This document shows positions 46,206 to 60,597 of a stretch of 64,000 nt of DNA, in pieces. Each line of letters starts with the position of its first letter. Positions within the stretch are counted from its first letter, which is position 1. The position numbers and the translations under genes are program-made. Under the pieces are notes generated by a model. That model did not search any database. It saw only the letters and a program-made list of their open reading frames with translations, and was not told the DNA's origin. Source of the DNA: Octopus vulgaris (Eukaryota). The stretch lies in assembly GCA_951406725.2 (NCBI GenBank), contig OX597838.1, positions 32,674,001 through 32,738,000 on the forward strand. Direction: 5' to 3'.

Positions 46206-46517
46206 AAACGACAAGCCTTGCTTTTCCCATTGGTCTTCTATATCTTACAAACCTTCTATGAAAACTTTACATAATGCTAGAACTTTAAATCTTGGTTTCT
46301 GTTGGGGTGCTTTCCACAAACAAGTTGTTCATATACCATCTGTTTAGAGGGTCCTCTGATCAGTCATTCAAACAAGGTGCACTATTGTTTCAATGTTCAG
46401 GATGTCAGCTCCCTTCAACACCTCTGAGTCTGGAGGCTGCAAGGACCTGCCAACATTAAGAATTCAGACATCTCTGATGGAAGTGTTCAAGGACTCTTAA
46501 ATAAATTATACATATTA

Positions 46518-46566
<49 letters not shown>

Positions 46567-46671
46567 AAATTAGAAAATGGAGAAACATACTTAAATCAAT
46601 AAAACATCAACTATCAGATGATACCCAATCAATACTTTATTACACCATTACATATCAGTAAAGGCATTATA

Positions 46672-46711
<40 letters not shown>

Positions 46712-47115
46712 TCTTTTACTCTTTTACTTGTTTCAGTCATGTAACTGTGGCCATGCTGGAGCACCGCCTTTAGTCGAGCAAATCGACCCCAGGACTTATT
46801 CTTTGTAAGCCTAGTACTTATTCTGTCAGTCTCTTTTGCCGAAACCGCTGAGTTACGGGAACATAAACACACCAGCATCAGTTGTCAAGCAATGTCGCGG
46901 GGGACAAACACAGACACACAAACATATACGCACACACACATATATACATATATGCGATGGGCTTCTTTCAGTTTCCGTCTACCAAATCCACTCACAAGGC
47001 TTTGGTCGGCCCGAGGCTATAGTAGAAGACACTTGCCCAAGGTGCCATGCAGTAGGACTGAACCTGGAACCATGTGGTTGGTAAGCAATCTACTTACCAC
47101 ACTGCCACTCCTACA

Positions 47116-47175
<60 letters not shown>

Positions 47176-47178
<3 letters not shown>

Positions 47179-48408
47179 ACGGGAAGCTTTATGAAAATAA
47201 ACAAAAGACGAAGGCAGGTGGAAAACAAACGAACAATTGTATTAGTATGGCGCTCAGGAAATATAAATAAAACAAGTCTTTAACGTTTCGAGCCTACGCT
47301 CTTCAACAGAAAGATACACAGAGAGAGAAAAACACAGAAAGAAGGAGAGAAAAAAAAATGCGTGCAGTAGCTAACGAATCAACATGGCGATCTGATTTCG
47401 GCCAGAGGTCAAAGATCAAACATGAGACGCGAGAGCGAAATAAGGGGAGATAATAGGGTTGAGGGACCAGCTAAAAGTGCGTGGGAGGGGTCTGGATGTG
47501 TATGTATAGGGTTGGTGTATGTATTAGTATGTATAAGGGTGTGTGTGTGTGTGTGTGTGTGTATGAGAGAGTATCAGTGCGTGGGATTGGTCAGGACGTG
47601 CGTATGTATGGGGTTGGTGTATGTATTAGTATGTATTAGTATGTATTAGTACGTATTGGTATGTATAGGTGTGTGTGTGTGTGTGTGAGAGAGTATAAGT
47701 GCGTATGCGGGGTCTGGACGTGTGTATGTATAGGGTTGGTGTAAGTATTAGTATGTACTAGTATGTATTAGTACGTATTAGTATGTATTAGTTGGTGTGT
47801 GTATTAGTATGGCACATCATATGTGATGTGATGTGTAAAGTCATGTGGTGTAGTGAGGAGAAGAGGGGGGAGAAGAGGGGAGAAGGGGAGGGGAAGAAGA
47901 GGGGGAGGGGAGGGTGAAGAGGAGAGGATGGGGAGAAGGAAGGGGAGGAGAGGGATGAAGGAGGAAAGAGGGAGAGGGGGAGAGAGAAGGGGAGAGAGGG
48001 AGTGAGGGAGAGAGAAGGGGAGAGAGGGAGTGAGGGAGCAGAGGGAAGAGGAAGAGGGAGGGAGAAAGAGGGAAGAAGGGAAGGGGAGTAGGGGTGAAAG
48101 GATGAAGGACTGAAGAAGTGGGGGTCGGGGGGAGAAAGGATAGGTGAGGAGGGGGAGAGGGGGTTAGATGAGGAGGGGGGAGAGTTGAGACCAAATGGCG
48201 TATAAGAGCGAAGAGAGAAGATTAATTCCTGTTCACGGCGCAAACGGGAATCCGGATGGCCTCTGTGTAAGGACAAACCGAACACAGATAGGTGTTGCAA
48301 GGAGTGACCGGTGGAGCGGAAATGGCGTGAGACCGGTGTGTCGTTCGCAAGGTGGATGTCACGAAGGTGTTCCGCGAACCGGTCAGCCAAGCGGCGTCCC
48401 GTTTGTCC

Positions 48409-48414
<6 letters not shown>
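47176..48414 (-). mobile_element. Penelope-like retroelement 3' part: GIY-YIG endonuclease fragment (48184-48414), UTR and hammerhead-like motif (47277-47314)
   Basis: YIGQTGRRLADRFAEHLRDI...PVSRHF...GHSL...RLRREQELIFSL....PFGLN is the PLE GIY-YIG domain. Downstream is ucuuu-CUGUUGA-a-gagc(guag)gcuc-GAAACGUUA-aaga. Both ends lie in (TA)n. Confidence 0.88.
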
Positions 48415-48482
<68 letters not shown>

Positions 48483-49610
48483 CAAAATGTACAGTATTTA
48501 TATATCCACCATGGCCAATCTCTAATGTTAGAGAGCAGTCACCATATTTCATTCCATATCAGCTACCTCTGATGTGCATAGGGTTATATAATCACTGTAA
48601 CCCTAGCACAAAACCAATTAGTAAGATTGGCCATGATGGATATATAATGCTGTACACATCAGATAATATACCCATTCTATTGACGGTTATACAAGTACAT
48701 CTTTTTCCTGATTTTTGGACTTTTATAAACTCTCAGAGGCACACCCAAGTACCTTAATCTTATCTACCAAATACTTCAGTTCACTGAAGGGATGGAAGTA
48801 AAGTGGGGTACTATGGCCTCTTGACTGAAACAGCTGTAAGATACTATCCTACCTTCTTGCTCCACATTATATATTTTAATAATTACTGGTATTTCTACAT
48901 TTTATATATTATATATGTAAAGCATAATATGTTATACATGTATGTATATCATCATCATCATCATCATCATCATCATTTAGCATCCGCTTTCCATGCTGGC
49001 ATGGGTTGGACGGTTCAACTGGAATCTGGGAAGCCAGAAGGCTGCACCAGACCCAGTCTGATCTGGCAGTGTTTCTACAGCTGGATGCCCTTCCTAACAC
49101 CAACCACTCCATGAGTGTAGCGGGTGCTTTTTACGTGCCACCCGCACAGGTGCCAGACGGGGCTGGCAAACGGCCACGGACGGATGGTGCTTTTTACGTG
49201 CCACCGGCACAGAGGCCAGTTGGGGCGGCGCTGGCAACGGCCAGTTGGGGCGGCACTGGCAACGGCCAGTTGGGGCGGCGCTGGCAACGGCCAGTCGAGG
49301 CGGCGCTGAAGCATAATGTTATACATGTATGTATATTGTATGTATACATGTATGTATAATGTCTAAAAGTTGATGAATACCACCTCTTGATCCTCTCCAT
49401 TTTCTTATTGCTGTATATACACACACACACACAAGGTGTGATATTGTTGCCATTTTATATTTTCAATTTGCACATGCACATTGTTTTTGATTTTGTCAAT
49501 GACACAGTATAGTAGGGTCAGTTGGGCACTGTCTCTGAGAAAAAGAGCACCATGACACAATTCACTCTGCCAGAAATTTTGAAGTGACATATATTTTTTT
49601 CATCTTGCAG

Positions 49611-49800
49611 TGTATAGAATTTGTCCAGCTCTTCAACCAACATGCCTATACAGAGGTTTTGATGTTGACCGTTCAGTGGCTGCAGATGATGGAATGTATG
49701 CTGTTTCCTTTCACACTTTTGCTTGGTGCTCGCTACAGACATGCTTTCGGACATATTTGTCGTTATATGTTCCTGTGTGACAGATCTGTCTGTGAAAAAG
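49611..49800 (+). CDS. GPR153/GPR162-like receptor coding exon 2 (end of TM6, TM7, helix 8)
   Basis: Acceptor ttttttcatcttgcag|TGT (phase 0) and donor AAG|GTAAAA (phase 1). LTVQWLQMMECMLFPFTLLLGARYRHAF parallels GPR153 [28 protein letters not shown] (recalled). Confidence 0.88.
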
Positions 49801-49926
49801 GTAAAAACAAGAATTTTAAATTCGTTTCAGACACAAAATGGTCTTCAGCTTTACTAATCACTTTTTTTCTTTTAGAAAATTCAGCTTCAACTTCCTTCCT
49901 TTCATAGTTGTTTAACTTTTATAATT

Positions 49927-51004
49927 TCATCATCATCATTATCATCATTGTTGTTTAATGTCCACTTTCCATACAGGCGTGGGCTGGACGGTTTGACAAG
50001 CCGGGAGGCTGCACCAGGCTCCAATCTGATTTGGCAAGGTTTCTACTGCTGGATGCCCTTCCTACCGCCAACTGCTCCAAGAGTGTAGTGGGTGTTTTTA
50101 CATGCCACTGGCATGGGAGCCAGTCAGGTGGCACTGGCATCAACCATGCTCACATGGTGCTTTTTACATGTCACCAGCATGGGTGCCAGTCATGTGGCAC
50201 TGGCTTTGGTCACACTCAAATGGTACTTTTTGTGTGCCACCAGCATGGGTGCCAGTCAGGCAGCACTGGCATCTACCAAGTTCAAATGGCACTTTTTACA
50301 TGTCACTCAAATGGTGCTTTTTATGTGCCACCAGCATCAGTGCCAGTCAGGTGGCACTGGCATCAGCCACAACTATGATTTCACTCAGTTCCACAGGTCT
50401 TCACAAGCATGACATATTGCCCAATGATTGAAGGGTGCTTTTAAATGGGCCAGTTATGCGGCACTGGCATCGGCCACAATTACAATCTCACTTGGCTTGC
50501 CGGGTTTTCTCAAGCACAGCATATCTCCAAAGGTCTTGGTCACTTGTCATTGCCTTTGTGAGGCCCAACATTCGAAGGTCGTGTTTCACCACCTCATTCC
50601 ATGTCTTCTTGGGTCTACCTCTTCCACAGGTTCCATCCACTGTTAGGGTGTGACACTTCTTCACACAGCTGTCCTCATCCATACGCAACACATGACCATA
50701 CCAGTGCAGTCGTCTTTCTAGCACACCACATCTGATGCTTCTTATGTCCAACTTCTCTCTCAGGGTGCTTACACTCTGTCATGTATGCACACTGACATTA
50801 CACATCCAGTGGAGCATACAAGCTTCATTTCTTTCAAGCCTATACATGTCCTCAGCAGTCACAGCCCATGTTTCACTGCCGTGTAGCATGGCTGTTCACA
50901 CACATGCATCATACAGTCTACCTTTCACTCTGAGCGAGAGGCCCTTTGTTACCAGCAGAGGTAGGATCTCTCTGAACTTTTGCCCAGGCTATTCTCATTC
51001 TAGC
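49927..51004 (-). mobile_element. RTE LINE 3' fragment (degenerate)
   Basis: The - strand encodes RRLHWYGHVLRMDEDSCVKKC...GRGRPKKTWNEVVKHDL, contiguous with the same 3' UTR and (GAT)n tail as 13305-15643. Confidence 0.88.
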
Positions 51005-51871
51005 AGCTCTGCAAAGGGATTTTGGAAGAGAATGCCAATTCTAATTTTTGGCAGATTATTTAACATCGTTACTAATACAATTAAGAAATTTAATTTCACA
51101 CTTAAATGGTTAAGATGTACATTAGTAGGTTGATGAGAAATAAATCTAAAATAATCTTTTACCTTTTACTTGCTTCAGTCATTAGACTGCAGCCATGCTG
51201 GGGCACAGAAATAGATACAAAAAAATAACATAGGGAGGAAAGTGAATTGTATGGTATTTTGCCCATCTTTGCATTCTAAGTTCAAATTCTGCCGAGGTCA
51301 GCTTTGCCTTTTATGCTTTCAGGGTCATTAAAATAAGTACCAGTCAAATACTGGGGGTCAAGGTAATTGACCAACCCACTCCCCCAAAATTTCAGGCCTT
51401 GCGCCTGTAGTAGAAAGCATTATTGTTATTGTTGATGCTGTTTTTTCCTCCTCCTCCTCCTTCTTCTTCTTCTTCTTCTTCTTCTTCTTCTTCTTCTTCT
51501 TCTTCTTCTTCTTCTTCTTCTTCTTCTTCTTCTTCTTCTTCTTCTTCTTCTTCTTCTTCTTCTTCTTCTTCTTCTTTTTCTTCTTCTTCTCCTCCTCCTC
51601 CTCCTCCTCCTATATTAAATATGCTAACACTAACTTAACTATTGTTTATTCCTCCTCCTCCTCATCATCATCACTACTACTACTACTACTACTATTGACA
51701 TCACACAGTATCCAATATTGTGACGTTGTTGATTGAAGATATTGTGTCTACCAGGGGTTTGTATTGTTTGTCAAGTCACAACAAGAACCTCAGACAGACA
51801 GTACTTTACACCTGATGATGATGATAATGATAATAATAATAATAATTATCATCATCATCATCATCATCATC

Positions 51872-51928
<57 letters not shown>

Positions 51929-51983
51929 GCTGCAGTCTAATTATTATTATTACCATTATCATTATCTTTTTTTTTCTCTGCAG

Positions 51984-54900
51984 AATCAACCTGCAAGTTG
52001 CAATCATATCGCCTAAAAGCCCACATCCAGGAGCAAAATTTAAAATTACAAGAGAATCTAGCATCAAAGAAAGACCAATCTCATCCAGGCAAACCACAAA
52101 ACAAGATTGGGTCAGCGGTGCCAACAGAGAAAGAGGGTGCTCTGTCCTCAGATCAAGACACCAAAACCCGCGTGCAAGCCGATGTGCACATCTACTCAAC
52201 AACCCCTACTCGGCATCTGCTCAGTGTTTCAACCCCACGTCGGAAACAGTCCCTGGCAAACATAAATTTAAACCTGGAACGTACTGCGTCATCGTCTCTG
52301 TTGCCTGTCATCGCTGAGAAACAGCGGCAGAGAGCAGCCTCAATCTCATCTCCTGTTGAATCCCCAAAAGAAAAGCATCAAAGCCCTTCTTCAGCTTCTG
52401 TCTCTGTTGTTGTTCATGATAATAATACTAAGTATTACAACACGAACAATAATAATGTCCATGGTGCCGTGAAATCTGCAGAGAGTGAATTGAACAGTTC
52501 AAAACCTTCGTCGCCCGTCAATTCAGAATCAAGCAGTGCTCAGACATCGGAATTGTTCGATGAAGATGACATTGCAGAGGTCCTTGATCGATCACCCTCA
52601 CCACCACCACATCCGCTGTCACCACCTCCACCGACGCCACCGAAAGGATATGAAAACGCATTTAGCAGAGCACCAATTGCTATTACTGTGACCACCTCTG
52701 AGAGTGATGAAGCAAATGCAGTTCCGAGCAGTATCAATGATAAAAATGTCCCAGAACCACCAACAGCGACTTCCTCGGGGGCACAGCCCAAATATCAATC
52801 AACCACGACGCAGGGTGAAATATGGACATCAAAATCTCAATGTCTTCCCACTGCCCCATCTGGTGTGAGTTTTGATTTCCATGGACCAAAACCTTATTTC
52901 GAACCCATTTCGGAAAACTCTAGCGTCATCAGCGAGGATGCACATTCAAAAGGTCTCCAGTCAACAACTTTATACAAAACCAAACCCTCCTACATGCGCT
53001 CCGAATCCTTCCTTCAAGCAGTGTCTTCCAGTTCTGCTTACGGAAGCACCACAAAACCAGTCAGCAAGTTCAAATTGCTGTCCAAAGCATTAATGTCTTT
53101 CAGCTGGTTAAAGAACAAGACGCTGCAGCCTAATTCCTCTTCTTCTCATCATTTCGAATCTGCAGACGATTCCCCAAAGACGTCGATGTTTCCCATGTTT
53201 AGTCGCAAGAAGAATTCAGAAGAAAACCCAGAAGAAGACCAGTCCAGATATACACTAACGACACAACCAATATCTCAGTCTCGGCGTAAGAGTGTCGCAT
53301 TTAAACCGGACGATAACCTGATGTCTGAGAAGGCTGACGATGATTCGGAGGGAAAATCTAAGGAAGGAAACGACACGGTAACGATTTCAGAATCAGTCAC
53401 GCTCTCTTCGACAAGCTCAGTTATTTCGTTACTTGGTCAGAACAAGTCCGACGAGAATGATCATAACACACTGACAGGAATTGCAAACTTGGGGGCGGAT
53501 TTCACTGATGAATCTTCTGTAAAACCTCCAAAAGATAATCAGAAAATCGATGGAAACGATAGGGAGAAATCGGTTGACATCAAGAGAAAGAATGAAAATT
53601 ACGCTGACCACCACATTGAGGAAAGGCAAACAGAGAACAGCACTCCCCTCTATCAGTCAGAAAATACAAATAAACCACAGCGTGAAAATACACCAGTCGC
53701 TTTACGGAAACTTCCGCTTCCACCATCACATTTGTCTAAGATTGCAGCTGCTACCGACAAAAAAAAGGGCCCTTCTCAAAACCCATTGACCTCCCAACCT
53801 CTCGCTGTATTAGCTAAAAGCAAATCGCCGCCTTTCCCTCCACCACCACCACCGCCACAAGCAGCCCCACCGCCACCGCCGCCGCCGCCGCCACCACCAC
53901 CACCACCACCACCGGCGCCTCCACTGCCTTCATCCAGTGCAAAGACAAATCGAGCAAGTCCTTCCACAAATTGCCTTAAAAATGCCAACAGCGAGACACC
54001 TAATAAGAATTCTCAGTCAAAACCATCTCCTGAAGCTCAGACTCAGAAACGCCCATCCCTCATCACGACGGAACTATTGGCCTCTCATGATATCATAAAA
54101 CGTTTACGCAACCAAGCAGAAAAGCACATGGCGGAGTCATCTGCAGAGAACGTGGACCTGAGTGACCAGATCAGCATCGATACTACAACTGGAACCTACC
54201 TTCAAAGCGATGAAGACAAATCTGTCTCCGAATGTGTCCAGGACTCTTTGTTGTTGTCCAGTTTTAATCGAATGTATCGCAGTGTTTCAGACGAATCCAT
54301 TTTCTCGCACATTGGTAGTGAAACCAAAGAGATGCCACCTAGTCTCTCTAAAGCTACAGATGACCTAACCATGGCTGGTTTTTCTGATATAAACCGAAGT
54401 CTCTTTTGGCCCAATCTGAAAAATGCTCGGCAAGGAACTCGATCGGCAAATGACCTTCATTTGATTGCTTATGTTCCGCCAATAGCATCGCGGACCATTC
54501 CAGTACAGAAAGTTAAGGCTCTCCAAGCGACATCTCCGGATAGAAATGTCAACAAACCTGAATCTCCAAAGTATGAAACAGGTAAAAAACTCGAAGAAAA
54601 CGATGAAAAGGACGAAGATGATCTCAGCGATTCGTCATCAACAGATTCTTTGAAATGTCTGAAAATTCTTAAGAAAATCGAACAGGAATCTGATAGAGAA
54701 AAAGTAGAGCGGTTACGACAAGAACTCATGGACGTTGACACGCTTCGGACATCCCCGCTTTTTATACGGAAATTGGAGAAAGAACTGTTAGCCAGGAAAA
54801 GGTCGGCCGAGAAAGTCGAAAAGCCTATAATGGCAAGCGTACAGACTGTGGAAGGTCCAGAGAAGGTTTTACCACCAAAATCCCTGTTTAACATTGATGA

Positions 54901-55120
54901 CGGTTCACCAAGGTCTCTGAGGAGATTCCTTGCTGAAGTTATAGCAGAGAGGCAGGATGTTGCCAGATCTGCTATTGCATCCTCACCTTCATCACCATTT
55001 GCAACGGCACCTCAGTCACCATCTTACACATCGTCACCAGCAAGAACAGACAGCACGATTAATTCTGGCCAGACTGGCCACAGTATAAATGCCATTATTG
55101 ATGTGAAGACAATTGTTTGA
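51984..55120 (+). CDS. GPR153/GPR162-like receptor coding exon 3 (very long Ser/Pro-rich cytoplasmic tail)
   Basis: Acceptor tttttttttctctgcag|AA. G+AA restores the frame (E-S-T-C-K-L-Q) into the 1040-codon ORF. Ends ...IIDVKTIV-TGA. Spliced CDS is 4095 nt, 1364 aa. Confidence 0.85.
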
Positions 55121-56440
55121 AAACAACCATTTCCCAGCATCTGTGTTCTTTAGGAGAGGTAAGATATCTGAAAACATTATTGTTATTTTTTTTTTGTCAT
55201 TTTTTTTTAAAACCTGATAATTAACATGTTATATAATTATTATTTCTAATTAGTGAAAGTTGTTACTTGTACTAACTGAAATTGTTAAAAAAACAATGTC
55301 AATCAATTCCTCGCCCCATAATTATTTGTAATTAGCTTTCTAGTGCTCACTATATTAAATATGCTAACACTAACTTAACTATTGTTTCCTCCTCCTTCTC
55401 CTCCTCCTCTTCTTCTTTTTCTTCCTTCTCCTCGTCATTGTCATCATCATTGTCATTGTCATCGTCGTCATCATTATTGTTGCTGTTGTCGATTTGGTAG
55501 ACAGAAACTGAAAGAAGACCGTCATATATATCTATATATATATATATATGTATGTGTGTGTATATATTTGTGTGTCTGTGTTTGTCCCCCCAACATCACT
55601 TGACAACTGATGGTGGCGTGTTTAGGTCCCTGTAACTTACGGTTTGGCAAAAGAGATTGAAAGAATAAGTACCAGGCTTCCAAAGAATAAGTCCTGGGGT
55701 CGATTTGCTCAACTAAAAGGCGATGCTCCAGCATGGCCACAGTCAAATGACTGAAACAAGTAAAAGAGTAAAGTATTTTGCCCCACATGTTAACAATTCT
55801 GCCAGCTCAACAACCCCAATAATAATCAAAAAATAATAATGATGATAATAATCCATTCTTCTCAAGGCACAAGACCCGAAATCTTGGGGAAGGGTCGATT
55901 ACATCAGCCCTAGTGTTTCACTGCCATTTAATTTATCGACCCCTGAAAGAATGAAAGGCAAAGTCGACCTCGGCAGAATTTGAACTCAGAACATAGTGAC
56001 GGGTGAAATACCGCTAAGCATTTCATCCAGAGTGCTAATGATTCTGCCAGCTCACTGTTTTAACAATAATAATAATAATAATCCTTTCTACTATAGGCTC
56101 AGGGCCTGAAAGCTGTGGGGAGGGGGACTAGTCAATTGCATTGACCCCAGTGTTTCACAGGTACTTAATTCATCAACCCCGAAAGAATGAAAGGCAAAGT
56201 CAACCTTGGCGGAATTTGAACTCAGAACGTAATGCTAAGCATTTCATCCAGCATGCTAATGATTCTGCCAGCTTGACACCTTCCCGATAATAATTCAATA
56301 ATAATAATAATAATAATAATAAGTAACACTTTCAATACAGTAACCATCAGAGCATCACAGCAAACCACAGCACATACCCAAGGCACACAGAGCTGCGCTC
56401 GGTAGTGAAGTGAAAGCACGCTATAAAAATAAAACAACTG

Positions 56441-56464
56441 AATAATAATAATAATGATAATAAC

Positions 56465-56501
<37 letters not shown>

Positions 56502-56525
56502 TTAATAATAATAATGATGATGATG

Positions 56526-56586
<61 letters not shown>

Positions 56587-56594
56587 TGATGATG

Positions 56595-56663
<69 letters not shown>

Positions 56664-56759
56664 TTAATAATAATAATGATGATGATGATGATAATGATAA
56701 TGATAATAATAATGATAATGATGATGATGATAATAATAATGATGATGATGATGATGATG

Positions 56760-56811
<52 letters not shown>

Positions 56812-56855
56812 CGATGATGATGATGATGATGATAATGATAATGATAATAATAATG

Positions 56856-56903
<48 letters not shown>

Positions 56904-57035
56904 TTAATAATAATAATGATGATGATGATGATAATGATAATGATAATAATAATGATAATGATGATGATGATAATAATAATGATGATGATGATGATAATGA
57001 TGATGATAATAATAATGATGATGATGATGATGATG

Positions 57036-57082
<47 letters not shown>

Positions 57083-57084
57083 TC

Positions 57085-57115
<31 letters not shown>

Positions 57116-57156
57116 GTAATAATAATAATAATAATGATAATAATAATGATAATGAT
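56441..57156 (+). repeat. (AAT)n/(GAT)n compound microsatellite with higher-order duplication
   Basis: Directly visible. Preceded by a short probable retroelement 3' end (56333-56441). Confidence 0.95.
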
Positions 57157-60100
57157 ATATTAAGAAGACCTATCAGAGATGGTGTAGCTGTGTACTTGTA
57201 TGTCAATGTGAATCAATGATGTTAATTGGAAGATCAATACTATGAAATTGGCTGCACCTCGTCAATAATAAAAGATCACATCCAGCCAAGTGGTTTTATT
57301 TATAGCCCATTCTCTTCTTTGTTCTACAATAATAAAGGGTGTTGTTGTTATTGCTGTTGTTACTGTTTAACCCCAACCTGCTCAGACAGAGCAGACCTAC
57401 GATCAAAAGTGTTCCAAAGTTGACCATCCCATTTATCATTTTTTTCTCTTTTTTTTTTTGTTAGACTTAGTGACTAAGGGCCACAGTATCCGATGTCTCC
57501 CTTTCGTTCTTAAGACAGTAGGGTGTAATTTGAGGGTTATTTAACTGCTATTTCTCACAGACCGAGCAACCACCTTTAGGCAGGCCGCCTGTTGCCTTGT
57601 TAATGATGTTGTGTTTGTGTTAAGAGTACGTCCGACAACAGAATGGTTTGTTGCAAGTGGTGGGTAGTCCAGTGACAAGTCTGGTGTAAATTTAGACATG
57701 AAGGCCATACTGCTGCGTGTCACTTTTAAATTACACACTTCGGTGTATAGAGTGCAGTTCATTTGTTGTACACCTGAGCTCTGTATACAACAAACTCAGC
57801 AGCACACCTGCGTCTGTCCTCATTCTTGATCCCTCCTCCCTCCTCTCTCTCTGGGTAACCATGTGGATGGGATGGAAGCACTCCATCGGTTACGACAACG
57901 AGGGTTCCGGTTGATCCGAATCAACGGAACAGCCTGCTCGTGAAATTAACGTGTAAGTGGCTGAGCACTCCACAGACACGTGTACCCTTAACGTAGTTCT
58001 CGGGGATATTCAGCGTGACACAGAGAGTGACAAGGCCGACCCCTTGAAATACAGGTACAACAGAAACAGGAAGTAAGAGTGAGAGAAAGTTGCGGTGAAA
58101 GAGTACAGCAGGGTTCACCACCATCCCCTGCTGGAGCCTCGTGGAGCTTTTAGGTGTTTTCGCTCAATAAACACTCACAACGCCCGGTCTGGGAATCGAA
58201 ACCGCGATCCTATGACCGTGAGTCCACTGCCCTAACCACTGGGCCATTGCGCCTCCCATGTACCTCCTCTACAACAAGACACCTGTTTCTGTCTCTCTGT
58301 CACACTCTAACCTTTCATCTTCTGATACAAGATCCCTCCCTCCAATGCACCCTCCCCTCTCAAAGTTCCTTGTCTTGTGAGTTACTTGGTGACCCTACCA
58401 GTGCAGGTGCCAGACTTGGTGACCCTACCAGTGCAGGTTCCACACTTGGTGACCCTACCAGTGCAGGTGCCACACTTGGTGACCCTACCGGTGCAGGTGC
58501 CACTTAAAAAGCACCCAGTCCACACCATGAGGTAGTTGGCATTTTGGAAAGGCATCCAACTGTAAAATCCATACCAAAGCAAAACCTTGTCGGTGCTGGT
58601 GTCATATAAAAAGCTCTCAGTCCACTCTGCATGGTAGCTGATGTTAGGAAGGGCACATCCGGCTGTAAAAACCATGTCAAAACAGATACAGAAGTCTGGT
58701 GCAGGGTTCTCCCTGATCAGCTCCTGTTAACCATCCAACTTATACCAGCATGAAAAGTAGAAGTTAAACAATGATGATGACGATGATGGTGATGATGAGG
58801 AGGATTTGTGTGTGTATACTCTTTTACTTGTTTCAGTCATTTGACTGCGGCCATGCTGGAGCACCGCCTTTAGTCAAACAAATCGACCCCGGGACTTATT
58901 CTTTGTAAGCCCAGTACGTATTCTATCGGTCTCTTTTGCTGAACCGCTAAGTGACGGGGATGTAAACACACCAGCATCGATTGTCAAGCAATGCTAGGGG
59001 GGACAAACACAAACACACATATATATTAATACATATATACGACAGGCTTCTTTCAGTTTCCGTCTACCAAATCCACTCACAAGGCATTGGTCGGCCCGGG
59101 GCTATAGCAGAAGACACTTGCCCAAAATGCCACGCAGTGGGACTGAACCCAGAACCATGTGGTTGGTTAGCAAGCTACTTACCACACAGCCACTCCTGCG
59201 ACTATGTGCATGTTTCATATATTTGTAAAATGTAAAATTTCTGAAGCCATTAAAAGAAGAATTTCTGATGTCTTGGAGGGATCCTTCTTCATTGAAAGGA
59301 GCACCAGAAATGTTTTTCATCGCCCTTAGTCCGTGAGAGGGTTGTAGCAATGATTCTCAGCTCTTGGGGATAAGGGCAACCCATTTTCGAAGCCCTCTTC
59401 TTAATTAACAGGTATGCTAGACCAGGTGAAACAGTGTACAATTGACTACTCTACCTGTTCCATTTTTCTCTTCTCTGGCCCATGAGTGTATAGGTAAATA
59501 GCTTCTTCGATTATGGATTTATTTCACCTGTGTGAATATATATACTTAAATATACATATATACATTAATATATATATATATATATCTTTTACTCTCTTTT
59601 ACTTGTTCCAGTCATTTGACTGCGGCCATGCTGGAGCACTGCCTTTAATCGAGCAACTCGACCCCGGGACTTATTCTTTATAAGCCCAGTACTTATTCTA
59701 TCGGTCTCTTTTGCCGAACCACTAAGTGACGGGAACATAAACACACCAGCATCGGTTGTCAAGCAATGCTAGGGGGACAAATACAAACATACACGCACAC
59801 ATATACATACATATATACGACGGGCTACTTTCAGTTTCCATCTACCAAATCCACTCACAAGGCTTTGGTCGGCCCGAGGCTATAGTAGAAGACACTTGCC
59901 CAAGGTGCCACACAGTGGGACTGAACCTGGAACCATGTGGTTGGTAAACAAGCTACTTACCACACAGCCACTCCTGCGCCTTATATATATATTGGTCCAA
60001 AAAATCACACACACACTCACACAGCCATAGATCATCATCATCATCATCATCGTTTAACGTCCGTTCTCCATGCTAGCATGGGTTGGACGGTTCGACCGGG

Positions 60101-60597
60101 GATCTGGGAAGCCAGAAGGCTGCACCAGGCTCCAGTCTTATCTGGCAATGTTTCTACAGCTGGATGCCCTTCCTAACGCCAACCACTCCGATGTATGTAT
60201 TTTATTATTTCACTATTTTAGTATTTTCTCAGTAACTCTCATCTTTCCTAACAAAAAAAACAATCATTTTATTTTTTTTTTGTTCTCGCAATTATTTTTT
60301 ATCCATTCTGATGATTGGAAGAAACAAAAAGAAAGACACATCAAAGTATTTGTAAAGAAAAACAAATTCTGCTTCAGTTCCCTTCCACCATAAAACAGAT
60401 GATTAACGGCTGACAAAAGGACTACTTTGTTGGGCTTTTGTTCGTTCTGTTCTTACTCTTTGTGTGTGTGTGTGTGTGTGTGTGATGGTGTGTGTGTGTG
60501 TGTGATGTTGTTTATTTATTGCTTTGTATGTTGTTTCTCTGTTCAATTCTTGCAAAGCACAACTTTCATCACTGTCATTTCGTCAGCATCGTTGTCG

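Noticed and set aside
53810-53935. Formin or WASP gene suggested by the polyproline tract
   Set aside because: No FH2, WH1 or CRIB domain is visible, and the ORF splices in frame to the 7TM exons.
58384-58503. CRISPR-like 30-bp repeats (also 15270-15460 and 61543-61631)
   Set aside because: Head-to-tail repeats without unique spacers, within LINE 3' UTRs in a eukaryotic context, with no cas genes.
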